From: a bacterium
GTDB taxonomy: Bacteria; Chlamydiota; Chlamydiia; Chlamydiales; Rhabdochlamydiaceae
Reading direction: 5' to 3'
NCBI GenBank assembly: GCA_044227055.1
Contig: JBGAFT010000003.1
Coordinates: 167,583-231,582, forward strand
Length of the DNA stretch: 64,000 nucleotides
Shown: positions 27,073 to 34,829 of the stretch, piece after piece
Layout: each line of letters starts with the position of its first letter
How positions within the stretch are numbered: the first letter of the stretch is position 1
Notes under the pieces: model-generated
What the model saw: the letters and a program-made list of their open reading frames with translations, nothing else
Databases searched by the model: none
What the model was told of the DNA's origin: nothing
Program-made: the position numbers and the translations under genes

Positions 27073-29205
27073 CTAAGTCAGTTGGATCCTGCCTAATGGC
27101 TGGATGCGGATCTCTGGGACGATCTCTTGGTACGAAAGTACTGCAAGATCAGGGAATTCACCTTCGATCAGTTTACGGACAAAACGACGGACATCGATCG
27201 CAGTTAAAAGCACTGGAGGTTGGCCGCCAGCTGGTGTCGGTGATATCGTTGTGCGCATCGAGTGCAAGATCAATTGGACAGAATCGGGATCTAGCGCCAG
27301 GTAGGATCCGGCTGATGTTTGCTTAATCGCTCCGCGTACCATGTCCTCAATCTCAGGATCGAGCAAGTAAACAGCCAAAATAGATTGCCCTTGAGAGTAT
27401 TTGTAACTGATATAGCGTCTTAAGGAGGAGCGGACATACTCTGTTAGGAGAACAGTGTCTTTTTCCGTCTGAGCCCATTCACTTAACGCTTCTAAAATTG
27501 TCCTTAAATCCTTGATAGATATTTGCTCTTGTACAAGTCTGCGGAAGATTTCTGTCAATTTTTGTAGAGGAACAAGACGGGTAACTTCTTTGACTAGGTC
27601 TGGGAAAGACTTTTCGACGAATTCTAAAATCCCACGGACTTCCTGAATGCCGATGAATTCCGCAGCATGTTGCCTATAAAAATATGACAAATGCAAGATC
27701 ATCACATCGAGGGCTTTCCAGAATTTGATGCCAGCTTTTTGGAGGATATCTTGGTATTTATTTTCTACCCACACGGACGGTTGTCCAATCGAACTCTTAG
27801 AGGTTGTGAAAGGGATATTGTATCTTCGTAGCGTTTCGGGGTTTTCGCTGGTTAATAACATCCCCTCAAAAATTTTACCCCTTACTATGGGGACTTCATT
27901 GAGATAAATAGAATATTCATCAGTTTCGAGGTTAGGGGAATCTGTGCGGACGTGGACACCGGGGAATCGAACTCCGAGATCTTGATAGAGAGCGTGGCGC
28001 ATTTTGGGGATCATGTCTTCAATAAAAGTAGTCCCTTGCTTGTCTTTCTTAATGACTTGCGATAGATTTTTCCCCACTTCTAAAATCACTGGCAGCGTGA
28101 GCATGTAGTCATCACCAGCTCCGCGGATAACAGTATGGTCTTCAACATCCGTTTCAACACGGGCGGAAGTCATCCCGGCAGAGGCTTTGGCGACTTTTTG
28201 TTTTGCTTTATACCATGTTGTAAAGCTGATGGCCCCAAGAATGATGGAAATGATCACGAAAATAATAGTTGGAAATCCTTTGATCCATGCCATCAAGAAC
28301 AAGACAATGGAGGCAATCATTAGAGCTTTGGGCTGAGCCAAGATTTGCGAGGAGATTTCTCGTCCGAGGTTGGCGTCTTTCTTTTCACTAGAAACGCGCG
28401 TGGTGACAATACCAGCGGTCAAAGAGATCAAAAGAGAAGGGATTTGTGAAACAAGTCCCGCACCAATAGAAAGCAGGGTGTATGTTTGAGCTGCTTGCAT
28501 AGCTGTCATGCCGTGCATTGTCACCCCAATGATCAATCCACCTATGATGTTGATGACGGCAATCACGATACCAGCAATCACATCTCCCTTGACGAACTTC
28601 ATCGCACCGTCCATCGCCCCATACAATTGGCTTTCCTTAGTCAGGGCTAAACGCAGTTCGCGTGCTTGATTGGCATCGATAATTCCACTACGCATATCGG
28701 CATCGATACTCATCTGCTTGCCAGGCATAGCGTCCAAAGTAAAACGGGCTGCAACCTCGGCAACGCGCTCAGCACCTTTTGTAACAACGATAAACTGGAC
28801 GATGGTAATGATTAAGAAGATGATAGCCCCGATGATGAAATTTCCCCCAACAACGTAGTTACCAAAGGCAAAAATGATGTGCCCGGCATCTGCTTTTAAG
28901 AGAATTTGCCTAGTTGCTGAAATTTCAATACTCAAACGGAACAAGGTTGTAATCAATAGGATTGATGGAAAAATAGATAAATTCACTGCTTTGGGAATGT
29001 AGAGCGCGACCATCAAAAGTGCAATAGATGCAGTCAAGTTGATAGCGATCAAGTTGTCAATGATCGTCGGACTAACGGGGATGATGATCATCATGATGAT
29101 CATGATCATAAAGAACGCTAAAACAACATCGCTCGATTGCGTGATGATGGAAATTGCTTTATCTCCGCCAAACAGACGTGCAATTGTGGTAAAAAACTTT
29201 TTCAT
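27073..29205 (-). CDS. sctV: T3SS export-gate protein SctV (CdsV/LcrD/FlhA family)
   Basis: 710 aa with an N-terminal polytopic membrane domain and a cytoplasmic domain. Contains the FHIPEP-type sequence GAERVAEVAARFTLDAMPGKQMSIDAD. Confidence 0.97.
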   Translation of the reverse strand: MKKFFTTIARLFGGDKAISIITQSSDVVLAFFMIMIIMMIIIPVSPTIIDNLIAINLTASIALLMVALYIPKAVNLSIFPSILLITTLFRLSIEISATRQILLKADAGHIIFAFGNYVVGGNFIIGAIIFLIITIVQFIVVTKGAERVAEVAARFTLDAMPGKQMSIDADMRSGIIDANQARELRLALTKESQLYGAMDGAMKFVKGDVIAGIVIAVINIIGGLIIGVTMHGMTAMQAAQTYTLLSIGAGLVSQIPSLLISLTAGIVTTRVSSEKKDANLGREISSQILAQPKALMIASIVLFLMAWIKGFPTIIFVIISIILGAISFTTWYKAKQKVAKASAGMTSARVETDVEDHTVIRGAGDDYMLTLPVILEVGKNLSQVIKKDKQGTTFIEDMIPKMRHALYQDLGVRFPGVHVRTDSPNLETDEYSIYLNEVPIVRGKIFEGMLLTSENPETLRRYNIPFTTSKSSIGQPSVWVENKYQDILQKAGIKFWKALDVMILHLSYFYRQHAAEFIGIQEVRGILEFVEKSFPDLVKEVTRLVPLQKLTEIFRRLVQEQISIKDLRTILEALSEWAQTEKDTVLLTEYVRSSLRRYISYKYSQGQSILAVYLLDPEIEDMVRGAIKQTSAGSYLALDPDSVQLILHSMRTTISPTPAGGQPPVLLTAIDVRRFVRKLIEGEFPDLAVLSYQEIVPEIRIQPLGRIQLT

Positions 29206-30272
29206 TTAAATAGCTCCGCGCTGACTTCTGGTCCTTCTAGGCCTTCTAGCCATTTTAATATCTCCGCTACTGCTTGGTAGGTCTCTTCTGGAATATATTC
29301 GCTGATTTTTCCTTTTTCATACAGCAATTGTGCAAGAGTTACATTCCTCATGATCGGCACGTGGTATTCTATAGCCGCTTTTATGATTAAGTCAGCCATG
29401 ATATCTTTGCCCATAGTTATGATCCTAGGCGCTGGTTCTTGGTCCGACTTGTAATCGATCGCAACCGCGATGTGGGTTGGGTTGGTGATTACAGCTCGTG
29501 CACGCTTAACTGAAGCAGGGCCTTCTTGATAAGCAAGCTCTTGCGCAGTCTGGCGACGGCGACTCTTAATATGAGGGTCACCTTCTGTATCTTTATATTC
29601 CTGCTTGACCTCGAATTTTTCCATCTTCATTTCTTTTGCGAAAGTTCTTTTTTGGAAAATAAGGTCAAAAACTGCAATTGCAAGGAAAAAAATTCCGACT
29701 CGAATAATTACTTTAACTAAAAAATCACTAAAAACTTGGGCGCTCCCAGCGACGGGCAAGGTGGCGGTTGCGATAATTTGGGGAAGGCTATCATGCACTA
29801 CGCTGTATATGAGAATAATAGCACCGGTGATTTTAAAAACCGACTTTAGTAGCTCAAATATTGTCTTAAACTTGAACATGTTTTTAATGTTCGTTACAGG
29901 ATTAAGACGCTTGGGATCAAATTTCATCGCCTCTAGTGAAAAGAGGGGGCCAACAATTAAAAAGTTGATTAAGACGCCAACGCAGGCTGTGAAAATCATA
30001 ATTGGCCAGCTACAATTTAATATCACCATGATGGCTTCTGAAAGAAACCCTCCTGCACGATTTTCTAGGTCAATTGAGCTGCTGCTGCGTTTAAAGCTGG
30101 TGATAATATATCCCCCCATCTGTTGAAAGAGATATCCAGATGTAATAAGGGTGATAGCAACAGATACAATAAAGGTGAACGCTGAGGGAAAGTCCTGGGA
30201 TTTTGCAACTTGCCCTTTCTTGCGTGCGTCGCGGAGTTTTTTTGGGGTTGCCTTTTCGGTCTTTTCAGCCAT
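29202..30272 (-). CDS. sctU: T3SS autoprotease/substrate-specificity switch SctU (CdsU/YscU/FlhB family)
   Basis: 356 aa starting MAEKTEKATPKKLRDARKKGQVAKS, with four TM spans and the NPTH autocleavage site (VITNPTHIAVAI). ATGA overlap with sctV. Confidence 0.95.
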   Translation of the reverse strand: MAEKTEKATPKKLRDARKKGQVAKSQDFPSAFTFIVSVAITLITSGYLFQQMGGYIITSFKRSSSSIDLENRAGGFLSEAIMVILNCSWPIMIFTACVGVLINFLIVGPLFSLEAMKFDPKRLNPVTNIKNMFKFKTIFELLKSVFKITGAIILIYSVVHDSLPQIIATATLPVAGSAQVFSDFLVKVIIRVGIFFLAIAVFDLIFQKRTFAKEMKMEKFEVKQEYKDTEGDPHIKSRRRQTAQELAYQEGPASVKRARAVITNPTHIAVAIDYKSDQEPAPRIITMGKDIMADLIIKAAIEYHVPIMRNVTLAQLLYEKGKISEYIPEETYQAVAEILKWLEGLEGPEVSAELFK

Positions 30273-30516
30273 GCTTTTTCTTTATTTTACCAATTTCACC
30301 ACAGAGACTTAGGAGAACACAAGGCGAAGAAGGGGACTTCATCAGCATAGATCGAAGTTGGAGGGAAAGAGTGCACAGAAAAGAAAAAACATCTTAATCG
30401 CTTAAGGCGAGGAATTTGCTCTGTGTTTTCTGCGTCTCCATTTCGCTCTGTACTGGTGAAATTATTCGATGCCTTTAGGTGAACTCTTGTCTTTTTGTCA
30501 TCAGACCTTTTGCATT

Positions 30517-30629
30517 ATTAAGGTTCTGTCGATTTTCAACTTCAAATTGCTGGGGTAAATTCAACTTAGTATATTACCCCAGCAATTTGAATCGAAAAGC
30601 GGCCAAAATAATTTCGAAGAACCCTTAAT
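30517..30629. repeat. nested palindromic intergenic element, same family as 26870-27010 and related to 61315-61486
   Basis: Perfect 17-bp inverted repeat TCAAATTGCTGGGGTAA (30542-30558) / TTACCCCAGCAATTTGA (30574-30590). Outer arms are ATTAAGGTTCT...AGAACCCTTAAT. It abuts the stop codon of the downstream gene. Confidence 0.75.
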
Positions 30630-31759
30630 TACGCTTTTGGTCTATTATTAAATGTATATAGAGCGACGTCTAATCCGCCAGCAAAAAAATGACGAACTTC
30701 GTGTGCTTGTCCAAATGAGGCTGAGAAAGCGTCCTCGCGCGGAGTGAGAACAAATGTTTTGCACCCTGGAGCGGCTTTGTCACAATGGAACCGTGCGATT
30801 GAAGCGTATGTTTTTCTAGATAGTTCGAGCCTTTTTCCATATGGAGGATTGGTTACGATGATAGTGGGAGGCTTAGGCGGTGTGTATTGAGAGACATCGC
30901 ATTCCTGAACCGGGATAAAAGAAGAAAAATTGGAAGCTGCAAGGTTTTTGCGGCATAATGCTAGTGCTTGAGGATCCCGATCTGATCCAAATAGAGTGTT
31001 TGGAGCAAGGGGAATGATCTCTGAGTCAAATCGTGCTTTGAGTTGCTTCCATGCAGCGTCGTCATATTCAGGCAAGCGGTTAAAGCCCCAACGATCGCGA
31101 AAAAAACCTGAGGGTGTTTTAGTCAGCATCATAGCGGCTTCTATCAGTATTGTCCCAGATCCGCAACAAGGGTCGCAAAAGATGTCCCCACTTTTGAGCC
31201 CGCTAATTCTGAGCAATGCTGCTGCAAGTGATTCTTGCAAGGGGGCTACGGCTCCCTTTTGGCGATAGCCGCGTTTGAACAAAGGATCTCCAGAAGTATC
31301 GATGCTTAAAACTGCTTTTTGGCTATGAAGAAATAAGTAAATGTTCAGATCAGGATCTTCTAATGAGACGTTAGGACGTTGTCCTGTCTTATTGCGGATT
31401 TGATCGCACAGAGCATCTTTAACAACCAACGCTGCAAAATGACTGTTTTTAAGGTTGGAATTTCGGAATACGTTGGCATCGACAGCAAAAGTTTGGTCTG
31501 TGTTGATGTATCGTTCCCAATTCACTTTGCTTGCATTTAAGTAGAGGTCTCTGCGGTCAATGCAAGAGAATGATGCGATAGGCCATAGGACACGAGTGGC
31601 AAGCCTAGAACAGTAATTGACGACATAGACCCACTCTATGGCTTTAGGGATATAAATCCCTTGATGTTCTTTAGTGATCGAAGGGATCCCGAGTTCTTTG
31701 AGCTCAATTGCGAGGAGGTCTTCGATCCCTGGCGCGCATGAGACGAAAATTTTATCCAT
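30629..31759 (-). CDS. THUMP-domain class I SAM-dependent RNA methyltransferase (RlmL/COG0116-like)
   Basis: 376 aa with FCDPCCGSGTILIEAA (SAM motif I) and VTNPPYGKRL (motif IV). The N-terminal ~150 aa fit a THUMP layout. Confidence 0.85.
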   Translation of the reverse strand: MDKIFVSCAPGIEDLLAIELKELGIPSITKEHQGIYIPKAIEWVYVVNYCSRLATRVLWPIASFSCIDRRDLYLNASKVNWERYINTDQTFAVDANVFRNSNLKNSHFAALVVKDALCDQIRNKTGQRPNVSLEDPDLNIYLFLHSQKAVLSIDTSGDPLFKRGYRQKGAVAPLQESLAAALLRISGLKSGDIFCDPCCGSGTILIEAAMMLTKTPSGFFRDRWGFNRLPEYDDAAWKQLKARFDSEIIPLAPNTLFGSDRDPQALALCRKNLAASNFSSFIPVQECDVSQYTPPKPPTIIVTNPPYGKRLELSRKTYASIARFHCDKAAPGCKTFVLTPREDAFSASFGQAHEVRHFFAGGLDVALYTFNNRPKA

Positions 31760-31770
31760 AAATATTCTGA

Positions 31771-32865
31771 TTAATTGTGGAAGAAGAGGATAACGTCCCC
31801 ATCTTTAACGATGTATTCTTTGCCTTCTGAACGGGCTTTACCAGCTTCCTTGGCGCCGACCCTCCCATTGTAACGGACCATGTCTTCAAAAGAGACGACT
31901 TCAGCGCGGATAAATCCTTTTTGGATGTCTGTGTGGATTTTTCCAGCGCTTTCTTGAGCATTGGTACCGCGACGGATTGTCCACGCTCTGGTCTCAATTT
32001 CACCTGTTGTTAAAAAAGTGATGAGATCTAAAGTTTCAAAGGCGCACCGTACGAGGCGATTAAGGCCTGTTTCTTCAAGACCTAGTGTCTTAAGGAAATC
32101 TTCTGCCTCTGAGGGACTGAGCTGGGTTAGTTCTTCTTCTAGTTTTGCACAAATGGAGATAGCGCGACTGCCTTCTTTTTCAGCATAGGCACGGACAGCT
32201 TTCACATTTTCATTTTCCATTGAAGGAACGCTTGCTTCGGAGACGTTGCATACATACAACACTTTTTTCGCAGTTAGAAATGGATAGGCTGAAAGATATT
32301 CTTTTTGTTCGTCAGTTAGCTGCAAGGTGCGTATTGGATGATTTTGATTCAGGTGGTGGATGGCGATTAGCAAAAAGTCTACAATAGGTTGCATCTCTTT
32401 TTTAGACTTAGCTTGCTTTTCGATTTTTTTGAGGATGTTATCAGCCATTTGTAAGTCAGCTAAAATCAGCTCGATGTTGATTACTTCAATATCATCAATC
32501 GGGTCTACTCGTCCGGAGACATGGATCACATCAGAGTCTTCAAAGCATCGGACCATGTGGATGATAGCATCGGTCTCTCGAATATTGGCTAAGAACTGAT
32601 TGCCAAGACCTTCTCCTTGAGAAGCTCCTTTTACAAGTCCCGCAATATCCACGAATTTGACGCTAGCCCTTATCAATTTATTGCTATGTGAAATAGAAGA
32701 GAGTTTTTCTAGTCGTGGGTCTTCGACTTCAACAATTCCTACATTCGGTTCAATCGTACAGAAAGGGTAATTGGCTGCAGCAGCGCCTTTTCTGGTGAGC
32801 GCATTAAAAAGTGTTGATTTGCCGACATTAGGTAAACCGACGATGCCACAAGAAAGTCCTTCCAT
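31771..32865 (-). CDS. ychF: ribosome-binding ATPase YchF
   Basis: 364 aa with GIVGLPNVGKSTLFNALT, DIAGLVKGAS and the C-terminal TGS-like domain ...GKEYIVKDGDVILFFHN. Confidence 0.95.
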   Translation of the reverse strand: MEGLSCGIVGLPNVGKSTLFNALTRKGAAAANYPFCTIEPNVGIVEVEDPRLEKLSSISHSNKLIRASVKFVDIAGLVKGASQGEGLGNQFLANIRETDAIIHMVRCFEDSDVIHVSGRVDPIDDIEVINIELILADLQMADNILKKIEKQAKSKKEMQPIVDFLLIAIHHLNQNHPIRTLQLTDEQKEYLSAYPFLTAKKVLYVCNVSEASVPSMENENVKAVRAYAEKEGSRAISICAKLEEELTQLSPSEAEDFLKTLGLEETGLNRLVRCAFETLDLITFLTTGEIETRAWTIRRGTNAQESAGKIHTDIQKGFIRAEVVSFEDMVRYNGRVGAKEAGKARSEGKEYIVKDGDVILFFHN

Positions 32866-32910
32866 ACTGACCTTTCATTATTAATATATGAGGATCAAGA
32901 TTATACACCG

Positions 32911-33696
32911 CTATGTGTAAGAAGACAAGAAAACCTCTACGGGTTGTATACAAAGAGGAGCGATATCATCTAGTTCATTGAGAGAAACTGTATGCAAGGC
33001 TTCATTAACTACTGCTTGGCAGAAAAAATCTTTATTGTTTTTTAGTATGCGAGCTCGATATTTTCCACTAGGCGGCAGGCATAAATTAGGCATTGTTGTA
33101 GTTAGTCCATCCTTAGAAAGTGCGAATTGAGCTAAAATCGAATAAGGGCGTCCTAAGAGAGCGCTAGCCTCCTGAAGGTTGCCTTTAGCGATGCATGCTC
33201 GAATCCTTCCGGAGGAGACTTCAGCTCCGTGAATAATTAACTTATCAATATATCGCGTCTCAAATCCAATCTTTTGACCAAGAGCATGTATATTATCAGG
33301 TGTTCCAAGGCGAGCTTTCCCAAAACGGGAGTCTAATCCACCTACAAGGATTGTAAATGGATATTTTTTTCTTACATAGTCAACGAAGTCTTGATAGGAC
33401 ATTTCAGCTAATTCTTTAGTAAAAGTCTCTAATAGTAACACATTGACACCAGCTTGATTAAGTAGCAGGATTTTATGTTCGGGAGAGATAATTAAAGGAG
33501 CAGGTGGCCTATGTTTTAAAACTTCTGCAGGATGATTCTTGAAAGATAGAACGGCACAAGTTCCTTTGAACGAAAGGTTCTCGCTTAAGGTTCGAATAAG
33601 ATGGAGATGGCCTCGATGAACGCCATCAAAACTGCCGATAGTAATACCTAGTGGTGGGGGACAAGGGGGGATATTTTTTAGGTCAGTTACGATCAT
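32911..33696 (-). CDS. ribF: FAD synthetase (RibF) with short, degenerate C-terminal riboflavin-kinase region
   Basis: ITIGSFDGVHRGHLHLI nucleotidyltransferase motif. Only 261 aa. After LLGRPYSI the usual GRxLGFPTAN kinase motif is not recognisable. Confidence 0.8.
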   Translation of the reverse strand: MIVTDLKNIPPCPPPLGITIGSFDGVHRGHLHLIRTLSENLSFKGTCAVLSFKNHPAEVLKHRPPAPLIISPEHKILLLNQAGVNVLLLETFTKELAEMSYQDFVDYVRKKYPFTILVGGLDSRFGKARLGTPDNIHALGQKIGFETRYIDKLIIHGAEVSSGRIRACIAKGNLQEASALLGRPYSILAQFALSKDGLTTTMPNLCLPPSGKYRARILKNNKDFFCQAVVNEALHTVSLNELDDIAPLCIQPVEVFLSSYT

Positions 33697-33745
33697 AGGA
33701 ACCTGAAAAAAATATTGTGACAGGGACCGGCATTAGACACTAAGG

Positions 33746-34429
33746 TTATGCAAGAGGTCTAATAAGAGCTTGCAGCCAATTGAAATCTGGTTGTGCCACA
33801 GTGTCTATCGCAGAGCAAGCTTCTAAATGAAAAGTTCCAGACCTTGTGCGAGTTAATTCTACTAAATGTGCGCCAGTGCCGAGCTTTTCACCCAAGTCAT
33901 GTGCGATGCTGCGGATATACGTCCCTTTGGAACACGCAATTTTCAAGTCCAGGAAAGGATAATGGTAGGCGAGAAAGGTTGTCTGGAGTTGGACTTGACA
34001 TGGTGGTCGTGTCACTTCTATTCCTCTGCGCGCTAAATCGCATAATTTTTTTCCACCTTGTTTCTTTGCAGAAAACATTGGTGGGATTTGTTGGACTACA
34101 CCCTGAAAATCTTTGAGTGATGATTCGATTTGTACAATTGAGGGAATTTCTTTCGATGTCTTTGTAACCAACCCTTCAGCATCATAGGTATCTGTCGAGA
34201 CGCCGATCATAATCCGGCAAATGTATTCTTTGTCCTGACATAAAAGTTGATTAGAAAGTTTTGTATATTTCTTTCCTATCAACATCACCATGACACCGGT
34301 GGCCATTGGGTCAAGAGTTCCCGCATGTCCAATAGTTCGTTCAGATGTTATGCGCCTTAAGAATCCGACCAATGCAAAAGAAGTCATTCCTTTGGGTTTA
34401 TTAAGCAGAAGAATTCCAGACTTGTTCAT
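33746..34429 (-). CDS. truB: tRNA pseudouridine(55) synthase
   Basis: GILLLNKPKGMTSF and HAGTLDPMATGV (catalytic Asp). I prefer the ATG at 34429, directly after the rbfA stop (34431-34433). Confidence 0.9.
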   Translation of the reverse strand: MNKSGILLLNKPKGMTSFALVGFLRRITSERTIGHAGTLDPMATGVMVMLIGKKYTKLSNQLLCQDKEYICRIMIGVSTDTYDAEGLVTKTSKEIPSIVQIESSLKDFQGVVQQIPPMFSAKKQGGKKLCDLARRGIEVTRPPCQVQLQTTFLAYHYPFLDLKIACSKGTYIRSIAHDLGEKLGTGAHLVELTRTRSGTFHLEACSAIDTVAQPDFNWLQALIRPLA

Positions 34430-34430
34430 G

Positions 34431-34820
34431 TCACTCAGTGTCTTTTTCTTCAGAAGGCTTCTTTCTAGATTTTTGTTCGTCTTGAATCTTATCAAGCAGA
34501 TCGTGGATGCGCATATGCTGGTCTACAGTGGTATCAAGCTTGAATGTCAGCTCAGGGAAATAACGCATGACAACTTTTTTAGAAGCATTCAAGGCTATAA
34601 ATCCTGCTGCGGACTGAAGAGCTTCCATTGTCCCTTTTTTTTGTTCTTCTGTCCCTATGACGCTGATGTAGACTTTTGCGTAGTGTAAGTCGCTTGTGAT
34701 GTCAACGCTTGTAACAGTGACCAAAGGAGCGAGCCGCGGGTCGCGAACATCTCGTGTCACGACCTCGGAAATCACTTCTTTAAGCAAAGAATTCAATCTT
34801 GCGACACGTTTTTTTGCCAT
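34431..34820 (-). CDS. rbfA: ribosome-binding factor A
   Basis: 129 aa with RVARLNSLLKEVISEVV...DPRL...VTVTSVDITSDLHYAKVYIS. It has a C-terminal basic/acidic tail. Confidence 0.85.
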   Translation of the reverse strand: MAKKRVARLNSLLKEVISEVVTRDVRDPRLAPLVTVTSVDITSDLHYAKVYISVIGTEEQKKGTMEALQSAAGFIALNASKKVVMRYFPELTFKLDTTVDQHMRIHDLLDKIQDEQKSRKKPSEEKDTE

Positions 34821-34829
34821 GTGATTATT

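Noticed and set aside
29605-30126. 173-aa plus-strand ORF. Similar antisense ORFs occur in rpsA (39976-40437, 40519-40872), clpB, nusA and the three paralogues (51135-51518, 53645-54346).
   Set aside because: All are embedded antisense in strongly supported genes and have no independent signals.
26870-30629. Whether the palindromic repeats form a CRISPR array.
   Set aside because: The copies are kilobases apart and are inverted rather than regularly spaced direct repeats. No cas genes are present, so this is not CRISPR.
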